From Macrostomum lignano (taxonomy: Eukaryota): a DNA stretch of 64,000 nucleotides. Positions 45,701-58,628 of this stretch are shown here, in pieces (the stretch's first letter is position 1; every line of letters starts with the position of its first letter). The notes beneath the pieces were generated by a model, which saw only the letters and a program-made list of their open reading frames with translations, did no database searches and was not told the origin of the DNA. The stretch covers positions 106,665-170,664 of the forward strand of contig NIVC01002479.1 of the NCBI GenBank assembly GCA_002269645.1, written 5' to 3'. Made by a program: the position numbers and the translations under genes.

Positions 45701-47129
45701 CAATAGATCTACATGATCGCAATAGATCTACATGATCGCAATAGATCTACAAGATCGCAATAGATCTACAAGATCGCAATAGATCTACAAGATCGCAATA
45801 GATCTACATGATCGCAATAGATCTACAAGATCGCAATAGATCTACAAGATCGCAATAGATCTACAAGATCGCAATAGATCTACAAGATCGCAATAGATCT
45901 ACATGATCGCAATAGATCTACATGATCGCAATAGATCTACAAGATCGCAATAGATCTACAAGATCGCAATAGATCTACAAGATCGCAATAGATCTACAAG
46001 ATCGCAATAGGTCTACAAGATCGCAATAGATCTACAAGATCGCAATAGATCTACAAGATCGCAATAGATCTACAAGATTGCAATAGATCTACAAGATCGC
46101 AATAGATCTACAAGATCGCAATAGATCTACAAGATCGCAATAGATCTACAAGATCGCAATAGATCTACAAGATCGCAATAGATCTACAAGATCGCAATAG
46201 ATCTACAAGATCGCAATAGATCTACAATATTGCAATAGATCTACAAGATCGCAATAGATCTACAAGATCGCAATAGATCTACATCCAAGATCGCATCTCA
46301 CTCCTGGATCTCAGGGCCACGCGCCAGCCGGTGGTTGCGCTCTCGCCCTGGCCTGTGACTATCGAATTGCTCTTGACAGCGACAAGATTAAAATTGGACT
46401 CACTCCTACCAAAGTGGTACGGCTTGTCTCTTGAGAATGTTATTGTCGTTTTATTAATTATTAAAGATGATGTGGCAATCTATCCCATCCGTTTCTAATT
46501 TCTCTAACAGGGCATCACGCCGCCTGAATGGTAAGTGCAAGCTTTAAATGCATTTAGTATGCAAGATGTACATCTGTAATATAATGCACCTCAATACTAG
46601 ACAGCCCATGCCCATTACCAGACAGCCCATTACCAGACAGTCCATCACCAGACAGCCCATTACCGGACATCCCATCATCAGACAGCATATCACCAGACAT
46701 TCCATCACCAGACAGCCCATCACCAGACAACCCATCACCAGACAGCCCATCACCAGACATCCCATCACCAGACAATCCATTACCAATCCGGCCAGGCTGA
46801 TCCGGCTGGCCGAGAGTCGGTTCTCCAGCCCGCACGCCTGCGAGCGGGCCGTCCTGCCCGCCCAGCTGCACACGCCGCGTCAAGCCCTGGCTCTCGGCCT
46901 AGTAGACATCTTGGCCAAGGACTCAGACGCTCTTGACCAAGCAGCCGGTCGGCAACTTTCTCGGGTGCACTCCACCGATCCCCGGGCCATTAACTCGGTT
47001 CGATCGCTGCTAAGCAGACCAGTACTAGGGGCGATGTCTGATGAGACCGATTTGGACCAGTTTGTGGACAGCGTGCTGCGGCCCGAGTGCCAGCAGCTGC
47101 TGGCCGGGGCGCTGCAGCGGATGGCCTGA
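42724..47129 (+). CDS. ECI1: Enoyl-CoA delta isomerase 1-like (crotonase fold), paralog A, catalytic Glu absent; 5 exons
   Basis: Exons 42724-43002, 43601-43750, 46315-46416, 46511-46530 (20-nt microexon), 46796-47129; mitochondrial-presequence-like N-terminus, PPANT, FSSGFD, GHAPAGGCALALACDYR, IGLTPTKVGITPPEW. Confidence 0.88.
43040..43500. repeat. 31-bp minisatellite (cacctgtcctttgttgggtagcccctagcct)n in ECI1-A intron 1
   Basis: Directly visible. Confidence 0.95.
43790..44023. repeat. 19-bp minisatellite (gatctacaagatcgcaata)n, left part, ECI1-A intron 2
   Basis: Directly visible; interrupted by hAT. Confidence 0.95.
44024..45582 (+). mobile_element. Internally deleted hAT DNA transposon, 1559 bp, with C-terminal transposase remnant
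   Basis: TIR cagtgctgcMact; perfect 8-bp TSD atcgcaat (44016-44023, 45583-45590); frame 44157-45251 with one in-frame TAA (44358); FPLMTKLAQAVMTFFHANADPERAIG resembles the hAT dimerisation motif. Confidence 0.9.
45583..46295. repeat. 19-bp minisatellite, right part
   Basis: Same unit as 43790-44023. Confidence 0.97.
46598..46785. repeat. 15-bp minisatellite (ccagacagcccatYa)n in ECI1-A intron 4
   Basis: Directly visible. Confidence 0.92.
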
Positions 47130-47170
47130 CTGACTGACTGACTGACTGACTGACTGACTGACTGACTGAC
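47126..47170. repeat. (CTGA)n microsatellite starting in the ECI1-A stop codon
   Basis: GCC TGA CTGACTGA... Confidence 0.95.
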
Positions 47171-47504
47171 TTAAATTGCGATGAGATGCTTGTATGATTG
47201 CACATTAGATAGATAAAAAAATGCGTATTATACTACTCGAAGTCTGTTTTGTTTTAGCGTTTATAACGTAATTTTTTTGTTTACTGTTTTTTATACTGCC
47301 TCGTTGCGTGTTTTAATGAGGCCGTATGAGCCTGCTGCTTTGCTCTCAACAAACAATAAATTTATTTTGCTTTGTTTAAACTTGATTGTTAAGCTGTGGC
47401 ATTCTTTGACTAGCCTGGATAGATTATTCCTAAGCTTGATATGAGATTGTACAAAATTGCACGAGGTATGAGTTGCTAAGTTTCATAGTGGATTTTCTCA
47501 AATG

Positions 47505-47790
47505 CGAAAGCTGATGGGAATTGCTCAGAGGCCAAAGCTGATGGGGAATCGCTCAGAGGCCAAATCTGATGGGGAATCGCTCAGGTGCCAAAGCTGATGG
47601 GGAATCGCTCAGGTGCCAAAGCTCATGGGTAATTGCTCAGGTGCCAAAGCTGATGGGGAATCGCTCAGGTGCCAAAGCTGATGGGGAATCGCTCAGGTGC
47701 CAAAGCTGATGGGGAATCGCTCAGGTGCCAAAGCTGATGGGGAATCGCTCAGGTGCCAAAGCTGATGGGGAATCGCTCAGGTGCCAAAGT
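47505..47790. repeat. 28-bp minisatellite (gccaaagctgatggggaatcgctcaggt)n
   Basis: About 10 copies, intergenic. Confidence 0.95.
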
Positions 47791-47877
47791 TTGTATTGAC
47801 AGTATTTCTGATAATAGTAAATTATGAATAATGGTTTATGAACAAAGAAATTAAAGTACAGTGGGCACCCCGCAGCG

Positions 47878-49301
47878 ATGCTGCCAACCCGACTGTTCAG
47901 CCGAGTAGCCGTGTCCGGCTGCCGCCGCTTGCTGTCCGGCTCCTCTCGACTGGTGCAGCTGCGCGAACAGTCCGCCTCGGACGGCGTCGTTTCAATCGAG
48001 CTCTGCCGCAAGCCGGCCAACGCTATGAACGGCGAGCTGGCCGCCCAGTTCAACAAGGCGCTGCTACAGGCTGAGAAGTCCGGCGCTCGGGCCGTGCTGC
48101 TGCGGTCTCAGCTGGCTGGCATTTTTAGCGCCGGATTCGAGCTGACGGAACTGGCTGGTAGCAATAGGGAGCGGCTGACAGAGTTCTACACTGAGATTCA
48201 GGAGCTGTTCTTGAACCTATTTGGCACAGATTTGGTTGTGATTGCTCAGATTCAGGTGAGATTGTTGGGATTACTAGCTGGGAAAGTCGGTCACAGGTCA
48301 CTGAATAAAGAACAGGTGAAACTAGTCAACAGGTGAGAACAAGTGAAACTAATCAACAGGTGAAACTAGTCAACAGGTGAGAACAGGTCAAACTAGTCAA
48401 CAGATGAGAACAGGTGAAATTAGTCAACAGGTGAGAACAGGTGAAACTAGTCAACAGGTGAGAACAGGTCAAACTAGTCAACAGGTGAGAACAAATAAAA
48501 CTAGTTAACAGGTGAGAACAGGTGAAATTAGTCAACAGGTGAGAACAGGTGAAACTAGTCAACAGGTGAGAACAGGTGAAACTAGTCAACAGGTGAGAAC
48601 AGGTGAAACTAGTCAACAGGTGAGAACAAATAAAACTAGTTAACAGGTGAGAACAGGTGAAACTAGTCAACAGGCGAAACTAGCCAACAGGTGAGAACAG
48701 GTGAAACTAGCCAACAGGTGAGAACAGGTGAAACTAGCCAACAGGTGAAACTAGCCAACAGGTGAGAACAGGTGAAACAAGTTTGCAGCCAGAATTCACA
48801 TGGGTAACAATTGACACCTGACATTCCAAGGGCCACTGCATGGCCGGCGCAATGGCCCTGTCCCTATCTAGCGACTACCGCCTGATGTCCAGCAATCCCA
48901 AACTGCTCACCGGCCTCAACGAGACCCAATTTGGAGTTGCTCCGCCCGTCTGGCTGGTTGAATTGTTTCGTTTTGTTGCCGGCAATCGGAACTGCGAGCG
49001 TCTGGTTGCTGCCGGCCAGCTGATTGGTCCGCAGGCCGCGCTCGAAGCCGGTTTAGTTGACGAATTATTTGATAACGAAGCCGAACTATTGAAGAAGACG
49101 GAATCAACGCTTAGCCGCTATCTGGCCGTGTCGCCCCGAGCTCGAGCCGATGTAAAGCGGATGCTCAGGTCGAATTTGATTAACCGGTTGGACAGTGCCA
49201 GACAGGAGGATATGAACGCTTTCTGCGACTACGTGCTGGATAGTAGGGTGCAGGCACAGCTGGGCCAGTACCTGGATAAGCTTAAGGCTAAGAAGGCTTG
49301 A
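47878..49301 (+). CDS. ECI1: Enoyl-CoA delta isomerase 1, mitochondrial-like, paralog B (catalytic motif intact); 2 exons
   Basis: Exons 47878-48255 (donor CAG|GTGAGA) and 48831-49301; KPANAM, IFSAGFE, GHCMAGA..SDYR, GLNETQFG, ALEAGLVDE. Confidence 0.93.
48290..48780. repeat. 27-bp minisatellite (aggtgagaacaggtgaaactagtcaac)n in ECI1-B intron
   Basis: Directly visible; two CAGGTGA motifs per unit. Confidence 0.95.
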
Positions 49302-49357
49302 TTCATCATAATAATGCTCTGCGTGTGGATAATTCTGACATTTTTTGAGCCTGTGAC

Positions 49358-50245
49358 TCGCCCTATCGTCTATAATAGGAATCGCCCTACGGTCTATGGT
49401 AGGAATCGCCCTACGGTCTATGGTAGGAATCGCCCTACGGTCTATGGTAGGAATCGCCCTACGGTCTATGGTAGGAATCGCCCTACGGTCCTTCATGGGA
49501 ATCGCCATACGGTCTATAATAGGAATCGCCCTACGGTCTATAATAGGAATCACCCTACGGTCTATAATAGGAATCGCCCTACGGTTTATAATAGGAATCG
49601 CCCTACGTCTATAATAGGAATCGCCCTACGGTCTATAATAGGAATCGCCCTACGGTCTATAATAGGAATCGCCCTACGGTCTATAATAGGAATCGCCCTA
49701 CGGTCTATAATAGGAATCGCCCTACGGTCCTTCATGGGAATCGCCATACGGTCTATAATAGGAATCGCCATACGGTCTATAATAGGAATCGCCATACGGT
49801 CTATAATAGGAATCGCCATACGGTCTATAATAGGAATCGCCATACGGTCTATAATAGGAATCGCCATACGGTCTATAATAGGAATCGCCATACGGTCTAT
49901 AATAGGAATCGCCATACGGTCTATAATAGGAATCGCCCTACGGTCCTTCATGGGAATCGCCATACGGTCTATAATAGGAATCGCCATACGGTCTATAATA
50001 GGAATCGCCATACGGTCTATAATAGGAATCGCCCTACGGTCCTTCATGGGAATCGCCCTACGGTCCATGGGAATCGCCCTACGGTCCTTCATGGGAATCG
50101 CCCTACGGTCCATGGGAATCGCCCTACGGTCCTTCATGGGAATCGCCCTACAGTCCATGGTAGGAATCACCCTACGGTCTAAGATAGGAATCGCCCTTCG
50201 GTCTATGATAAGCATCGCCCTACAGTCTATGGTAGGAATCATACT
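49358..50245. repeat. 24-bp minisatellite (taggaatcgccMtacggtctataa)n, probably in ECI1-B 3' UTR
   Basis: Directly visible; the first AATAAA noticed after the stop lies beyond the array at 50343. Confidence 0.95.
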
Positions 50246-50434
50246 GTAATAGCTATCATAATTGCGCTCGTTGTTCAGCGCATGTACGTCATGCTAATTT
50301 TGTACCATTGTTCTTACTTATAAATTTGCGATTTTTTTATAGAATAAATGTGAACCTTAAAGATTAGCCAATTTTATGGATTGTTCATTTGTGTTCTCAT
50401 AATTTTATGTTTACAAGTAACTATAAGCAGTTCT

Positions 50435-50760
50435 CTCTAGAATCGTCCAGCAGCCATCTAGAATCGCCCATCAGCCATCTAGAATCGCCAATCAGCCATA
50501 TTTAATCAACCAGCAGCCATCTAGAATCGCCCATGAGCCATCTAGAATCGCCCCTCAGCCATCTAGAATCGCTAATCAGCCATATTTAATCAACCAGCAG
50601 CCATCTAAAATCGCCCCTCAGCCATCTAGAATTGCCCCTCAGCTATCTAGAATCGCCCCTCAACCATCTAGAATCGCATCTCAGCCATCTAGAATCGCCC
50701 CTCAGCTATCTAGAATCGCTCATCAAGCACATAGAATCGCCCATCAAGCATAGAATCGTC
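50435..50760. repeat. 21-bp minisatellite (cagccatctagaatcgcccct)n
   Basis: Directly visible, degenerate. Confidence 0.9.
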
Positions 50761-50809
50761 CCAATACTAGCCTCTAATTACCCCGGCAACCGCTTCCCCA
50801 ATCCAGCCC

Positions 50810-53715
50810 ATGCGGAACTGCCTGTTGTTGCTAGGCAGCTGCGCAGTCTTCTTCTGCCTGGGCAGCATCATCAGTCTGGGCCTGTTCCCGGCCTGGCAAC
50901 AGCGCAACTGCTGGCGTCCAGCCTCTCAGGCCTATCTGCCACATGTGGAGCTCCAGCAGCCACTGCAGCCCGGGCCGCAGTCTGTCAAGAAACAGCCTCG
51001 GCCTAGCGGCGATCCACTATGGTCGCGGGTTCGAATTTTCTGCTGGGTAGTCACCTCGCCGGAGAATCACGCCAGTAAGGCTTATCACGTGAAGTCAACC
51101 TGGTTGTCCAGATGCAACGGGTACACCTTTATGAGCACCGTTTCTGATCCGTCTCTGCCTTCTGTTGGTGAGCTCTCGTGGTAATCTGTTTGCGCTTCTT
51201 CAACCTCAGTTTGCCACTGTGGTAGATCAGTGCATCTGAATCCCAAGTTGGTCACTGTGGTAGATCAGTGCCACTGAATCTCAAGTTGGTCACTGTGGTA
51301 GATCAGTGCCTCCGAATCCCAAGTTGGTCACTGTGGTAGATCAGTGCCTCCGAATCCCAAGTTGGTCACTGTGGTAGATCAGTGCCTCCGAATCCCAAGT
51401 TGGTCACTGTGGTAGATCAGTGCCTCTGAACCCCAAGTTGGTCACTGTGGTAGATCAGTGCCTCTGAATCCCAAGTTGGTCACTGTGGTAGATCAGTGCC
51501 TCCGAATCCCAAGTTGGTCACTGTGGTAGATCAGTGCCTCCGAATCCCAAGTTGGTCACTGTGGTAGATCAGTGCCTCTGAACCCCAAGTTGGTCACTGT
51601 GGTAGATCAGTGCCTCCGAATCCCAAGTTGGTCACTGTGGTAGATCAGTGCCTCCAAATCTCAAGTTGGTCACTGTGGTAGATCAGTGCCTCCGAACCCC
51701 AAGTTGGTCACTGTGGTAGATCAGTGCCTCCGAATCTCAAGTTGGTCACTGGTAGATCAGTGCCTCCAAATCCCAAGTTGGTCACTGTGGTAGATCAGTG
51801 CCTTTGCATCCCAAGTTGGTCACTGTGGTAGATCAGTGCCTCTGAATCCCAAGTTGGTCACTGTGGTAGATCAGTGCCTCTGAATCCCAAGTTGGTCACT
51901 GTGGTAGATCAGTGCCTCTGAACCCCAAGTTGGTCACTGTGGTAGATCAGTGCCTCCGAATCCCAAGTTGGTCACTGTGGTAGATCAGTGCCTCTGAATC
52001 CCAAGTTGGTCACTGTGGTAGATCAGTGCCTCTGAACCCCAAGTTGGTCACTGTGGTAGATCAGTGCCTCCGAATCCCAAGTTGGTCACTGTGGTAGATC
52101 AGTGCCTCCAAATCTCAAGTTGGTCACTGTGGCAGATCAGTGCCTCCAAATCTCAAGTTGGTCACTGTGGCAGATCAGTGCCTCCGAATCCCAAGCACAT
52201 CCTGCTCAAACTGGCCACCTCCGCAGCCCTGGACGTGCCCGAAGGTCGGGCCAATCTGTGGAAGAAGACCACAGCGGCTCTGAGCTATCTTCGACGCAGC
52301 GGCCTGCTAGCCAAGTACGATTTCTTTTTGAAGGCCGACGACGACACCTACGTAGTGATTGACAACCTGCGCAGTCTGCTGGCCGACGCTGATCCCGACG
52401 AGCCGTTGTACAGCGGCCGGAGATTCCGGCCATTTGTCCGGCAGGGTTACATGTCCGGCGGGGCCGGCTACGTGCTGTCTAGAGCAGCCGTGCGCAAATT
52501 TGTTGACCTGGGCCTGCCTAGCCGGGACTCCGCCTGCTCTGGCCAGTTTATTAGCGAGGACGTTAATCTGGGTGCGCGCTTGCTCCGATGTTAAAGTGCT
52601 TCGTGTACTTTATTGGAATCATCCTGCAATCTTAAGAGGCCTTTAGGAGAGCTTTCTAAAGTAGATATTGCACTTTAAAACTGTTTCTTTAATTTTTATA
52701 AACATCCTAGACCTCCAGAAGCATATCCTTTGATTTGAAAGTACTATTCTGGACTATAAACTTTGAAAGTACTTTTTGGACTATAAGTCTTGCAACTACT
52801 TTAAAAAATTAAATATTGTTTTATATACCAGTAGTCTAGTACTACATGAAATTTTTATATATCTCACTACTAACGCACTGATCCCAGGCTCCTGTATGAA
52901 CATGCTCGGCGTACGCGTGCTGAACTCGCTGGACAGCCTTGGCCGAGAGAGATTTCACCCGTTCCAGCCCGAGCAACACCTGCCTCCGGGCGGCATTCCG
53001 CCTGGTAACTGGCTGCGCCGCTACAATTATTATCCTCTGCGAGAGGTGAGCTGATACGATGGAGCTGGGACTCCACCCTGTGCTCAGACTGGGACTCCAC
53101 CCTGTGCTCAGACTGGGACTCCACCCTGTGCTCAGACTGGGACTCCACCCTGTGCTCAGACTGGGACTCTCCACCCTGTGCTCAGACTGGGACTCTCTAC
53201 CCTGTGCTCAGACTGGGACTCTCTACCCTGTGCTCAGACTGGGACTCCACCCTGTGCTCAGACTGGGACTCCACCCTGTGCTCAGACTGGGACTCCACCC
53301 TGTGCTCAGACTGGGACTCCACCCTGTGCTCAGACTGGGACTCCACCCTGTGCTCAGACTGGGACTCCACCCTGTGCTCAGACTGGGACTCCACCCTGTG
53401 CTCAGACTGGGGCTCAGAGTTCTGTACCTTGGTTATGCCTAAACAGAAATTCCCATTGTGTTTAAGCAGTTGTTAGTAAAAAGCATCTTCCCACACCACC
53501 TTTAATTCCAGGGTCCCGAATGCTGTAGCGATACCTCGATATCGTTTCACTACGTAACCCCTCGACAGATGTACGTGCTGGACTTCCTGATTTATTCTTT
53601 GAAGCGACCAAGTCGCGAGCCGCACTGCTCGAACAGAAACTCCTCGATGGCACCTAATTCGACTCATTCAACAGCAGATAGATCTGATGAAACTGTTAAG
53701 CTTCGTTGGCATTAA
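50810..53715 (+). CDS. C1GALT1: Glycoprotein-N-acetylgalactosamine 3-beta-galactosyltransferase 1 (core 1 T-synthase, GT31); 4 exons
   Basis: Exons 50810-51167, 52227-52571, 52888-53045, 53512-53715; N-terminal TM; RIFCWVVTSP, TWLSRC, FLKADDDTY, YMSGGAGYVLS, EDVNLG, FHPFQPEQH, CCSDTSISFHYV. Confidence 0.96.
51215..52196. repeat. 38-bp minisatellite (gtggtagatcagtgcctcYgaatcccaagttggtcact)n in C1GALT1 intron 1
   Basis: About 25 copies. Confidence 0.96.
53062..53412. repeat. 24-bp minisatellite (gactgggactccaccctgtgctca)n in C1GALT1 intron 3
   Basis: About 14 copies. Confidence 0.96.
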
Positions 53716-56343
53716 GGCTATTTTAGCTTGTTCAAACTAATTTTACGGTGTTAAATTATGGTCAAAGCCTTATTTGTTGTTGTGCAATTTATTTGTCTGT
53801 TTTATATCTTTAATTTTTCAGTCATATACTCAAAGTTTTGTTATGTGCCTTTTTATTTTACTTTTTCTAACACCCATTCCCTCACTGCACTGCTTCTGTA
53901 TTCGGGGTGTTAATTGAGTCTCGTTGCTATTGCAACAAATGTATACGAGTACTAATTACGCTTTCTTTTCTAAATGTTGTATTGCACCATTTTTATGCAT
54001 GTATTACCCGAACTACTGTCACATAAGTTACATATACATGTCTACTTGTCAATAAACGTTTAGTTCAGTATATCCTATTTACACAGTTTCGGTAGGCTTG
54101 TAATTCGCCATAAAAATGATGTATGAGTCAGTTAACTTAATTTTTAATGCATAATTTCTTGAAGTACGGCCAGCCAGGTGCCACCTAAAACGGCCCAATA
54201 CAAAGTTTAAATATTTTAACAGTGTGCATTGTAACAGCCTAATCAAATCCATGTGCATGCCCAAGATGCCAGTCACTTACATGTATATGTATCACTTACA
54301 TGCATTAAGCGATAATGCTGCGCAAGTAAAGTCGTTGCAAAAGACGATTTAAATTTTGTCGAATCTTCTGAAGTACTTGGCTGCAAAATATTGACATTTA
54401 CTACATGTCGCTCATGAAAACTCGTTTAACTGCATAACCATACGAGTACTGTAATTAATTCCTGGTCTGCTCAAGGATATTATTGTCTCACTTTTGAACG
54501 GTAGATTTCCACAATGAAAGTATTCATCTTATCGCCGAGCTAATCCGAAGTAAGAAGACGTTTAAAAATTGTCTTAATATTAAACATCTGGGCTTGACAT
54601 ATTTTGCCACATCTGAATAACCAATCTCGGTCCTTTTCGTGGCCAGGGAGTTCAAAATTGATTTATTATTTTTAAAAACTCATTAAGTTTAAGTTTTAAG
54701 TTTAAGTTCATTAAGTAAACGATTAACTATATAGAAATAAATTTACACAATAAATACAAGTTATTAAATTGCTCTATTATCTATTTTGTTAAGTGAAATT
54801 CCTTTTCAGTTTTTATAATTCCTAGAAATGAAGTAAATAGACACCGTAGGTCTTTGAATTATGCCTTTAATACCTGTTTGATTCAGTTTCGGTTTGTTAT
54901 TTTGACTAAACTGAAGCTAATATCATCTGAGTTTCAATATTTCGCTCTTGCAAGCAGCTTCTTGATATTAGCTCCCCTCGAAAGAGATAATAAAGAAAGC
55001 ATCATGCTACCTAATATTATTGCTCGTATTTTTTCACAGTAAGTTGACTTTTCAAAAGCTGATGAATAGAAAATAATTTATCAATTTGCACGCAGTTAAA
55101 GGTGTAAAAATAAATTGTATATACGATTTTAATTCAATAGAATAATTTAAACAAATATTTTATTCCACATATAGACATGTAGTCAGGATCAGGACCCTGG
55201 GAGGGGGGCCTAGCAGCCCTGGCCTTGGCTTGGCATTGAAGCAATAATTTTAATATTACTAGGCATACCGCATATGTTGAAGTTAGTTTCTTCATTAGGC
55301 CATATAGGTAATTTGTTTTTTTTGTACTATAATTATTTCTTGACATAAATTTCTAAAGGAACCATCCTATGCCATGGTCAGGAAGGTGCACCATGTGTGC
55401 CACAGCCATAGGATCATGGCACACCTGTGCTAGAATGAATCCTATCATAAGAGTTTGATTGTGCCAAGTGCCAGAACAAATCTTATCAGAAAAATTTTGT
55501 TTGCACACAAGACTCTAGATGGTATACATGTATGCACTAGAAAACTCTGGTATACAAAATGACTTAGACTACATGCTATAGGGCCATTCCATATAATTAT
55601 GGTCATAACATGACAGGCTATTTTTACTTATAAAATGAAATCTAATAATAGTAAACCAATATTTTGAATAAAGGATTATTTTGTCAATAATATATTTATA
55701 TAGTTTCATATAGATATCATCATTAGTATAGATGCTATTAAACCTTGAATGGCACTAACAACAGGATTTTTGACACAGAAACTAAAAGATAAAAGTCTTA
55801 TAACATTTTTCATTTTTGATATTTTGCAATACATTTTTTAAATTTGACTAAGAACATCTTTAGAAATCATATTCTTTTATTAGAATATATAAACTCATAA
55901 AGGCAACAAAGATAAAAAAGAAAAGGCAGCCTTATGGTTATAACATTATGGTCGTAACATATTTTTTTCTGTCAATTTAGTAACTTTGAGGTATCAATAT
56001 ATTAAAAATATAATAGATTATCTGGTTGCTAATGTTTTTATCTGATTATGCAAGTACTATAATTTTATCTATAGTTTATTTCAAACTCCCAAAGCTTTCT
56101 ATTTGTTTTTAAAAGGTACACAAAGTTAATGATGTCTTTTGCTTAGAAAAATGTCCAAATTTTTCCAAAAATGACTTTTTGCCTATTGATAATATACTAA
56201 TCCAACATTTTACCATGAATATATTCTTAGATTGTATATATTACACACCTAAAACATTTGGCAAAAAAAATGGCTGATAAGGCAATGGTAAGAAAAAATA
56301 TTGACTCTTTTCTATTTTCCAAATATGTCCATCTTATCTAGAA

Positions 56344-56956
56344 ATGTGTGGGTTCCCCGACGGATATTCACCCGACAGATTCAGACGAATTCATTGGCAC
56401 CCATTACAGACACATTTTGGAAGCAAATATCTCGGGAAATACAAAAGGAAATCATGTGTCTAAGATGTCATTGCAAAGCTGAGACATGCGTCAAGAAGTG
56501 ATAAAAGTTTCAGAGCAAATGATTGAAGCATTGAGACACAGCGATAAATCAAAGTTTTTGTTGATCAACGATCTTCAACCAAGATAAACCAAAACTTTGA
56601 TTTATCGCTGCGTCTCAATGCTTCAATCATTTGCTCTGAAACTTTTATCACTTCTTGACGCATGTCTTAGCTTTGCAATGACATCTTAGACACATGATTT
56701 CCTTTTGTATTTCCCGAGATATTTGCTTCCAAAATGTGTTTGTAATGGGTGCCAATGAATTCGTCTTTTGACACACTGCATTCATGCCAATTTTTTTTTC
56801 TTTGGGTCAGAAAAATTCTGCTTACAAATTTTTAAAGCTGAATATGGCGTCAGAGTAAGAAATGTATCCCGAAACATAAATTCATTTTTTGTTTGAATTA
56901 TCTGCCCGAAGAAAAATATATCTGTCGGGTGAATATCTGTCGGGGAACCCACACAT
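56344..56956. mobile_element. 613-bp foldback DNA element (MULE-like by 9-bp TSD) with internal ~170-bp palindrome
   Basis: TIR atgtgtgggttccccgac(g/a)gatattcacccgacaga; TSD tatctagaa at 56335-56343 and 56957-56965; inverted arms about 56381-56547 / 56590-56767. Confidence 0.88.
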
Positions 56957-58628
56957 TATCTAGAATGAGCCTACAACTTGGCGTACAGATAGGCCTGGCG
57001 TGCCCTCTTGGCATATAGCTTAGCATATAGAGATTTCCTAGACAGCAAGTGGGACCAAAAGTTCCAAGTCCCAATCAATCGACACAATTAACATACAAAA
57101 ATTAAAAGTTTACATTTGGTGTAGGGCCTAGTTTCTATGTACTGATGTACATAGTTACAGTAGCTAAATTTTGATCAGAAAGAATAGCTCGCCCTTTACA
57201 AAAAACAGAAAACTTAATTTAAAAAACCAGGTTTACCTTAGTTTTGCAAGCTGTTAATATTGGTTGTAATTTGTATTTTTATTTTGGCATATTTTTGTAT
57301 ACAATAAAAAGTTTGTTGGCATACATTGGTATACATGAGCTATGGAAGCAATTTTCATTCCAGCATATAGTAGTACACAATCCTGACCCTGGCTTGCACC
57401 ATGCGCCGGAACTATTCCCATAAAAAAAGTTTGCTCCTGCCATATATTGCAACTTTACTAGTAAAACTTATATTTTATTCTGTTTCATAGAAAATACAAT
57501 GTTAATGTTAATTAATTAAAAGTCATCAATATACTAGCAAACAAAAAGTGCTAATAAAAAGAAATTACATGCTATTTTTGTTGGAGAAAATATTGTCTCA
57601 TTGGAAGTGTTTTTGTCTTGCACCAAATTGCACCAAATTGTGCTAATTTTTTTGTCTTTGTGCCATGCCATATTGCATCAGATTTTTCTCCTTTGCCTAC
57701 TTTTGCACCAGAATGTGCCAGTATAGCGCATGTCCAACCCCTTTTTGCATTGGAATTTTTCATGAAAAAGTCCATATTCTTGACTATGGCCATAACAAAT
57801 CCTCAGTCAAATTTTTAATTGTGTGCAGTATGCCAAGAAAAAAGAAATGCACACCTTGCATTAGGCCTAGTATATAGTTAGCTATTATATAGCAATATAA
57901 TAAATTATACTATATGTTCTACAAAATGCATTAGGCCCTAGTCATAAAATAAGATAAAGAAGATAAAAGAAAATAATAATCTTATTTTGAAATTTATGTA
58001 TTTTTCCTTTTTTTAATGTCACTAAAATTACAATTATAATAATATTTAAATTTTTTAATACAGACCATAGTTTAGATTTGTGTATTATGTGTATGCCATG
58101 TTCATTAGGAGAAAGTACAGGACTACATTTGTATGCCAGGACTAAAAATGTTTTCCATTATGTACACTGTTTTGTATGCATTTTCCATTTTTGAATTCAT
58201 TATTTATGTAGAATAACAAACTAAAAACCAATGACCAATGACCAATTTTTATGTTTATGTGTCAAACTAAAGATAAATTTTCAACAAAAAACTTGTCATT
58301 TGAATTTCCTTTCTATCTGGTTTTGTTTAGGAGTTAAACTAGAAAATGTGAAGAAAGGTCAGTGCTAATGTTACACAACCTCATTATGTACGCCATCAAC
58401 CTCAAACCATCCTCAAATAATAGCTGGGCATGTAAGTCACAAGTGCCAAGCTGAGAAATCATTCCCAAATATATGAGGTGGCATGGTGCACTCCAGCTGA
58501 AATTAAAAGAATATTCAAACATTTTTAGCTCAAATGCAGGATAATTTAATTGATATTTTCTCACTAAAAAGCTTCTTTACAATTTGAAAATTTATTTGAC
58601 AACATGCAATTTTATCTTTCATTTTTAG

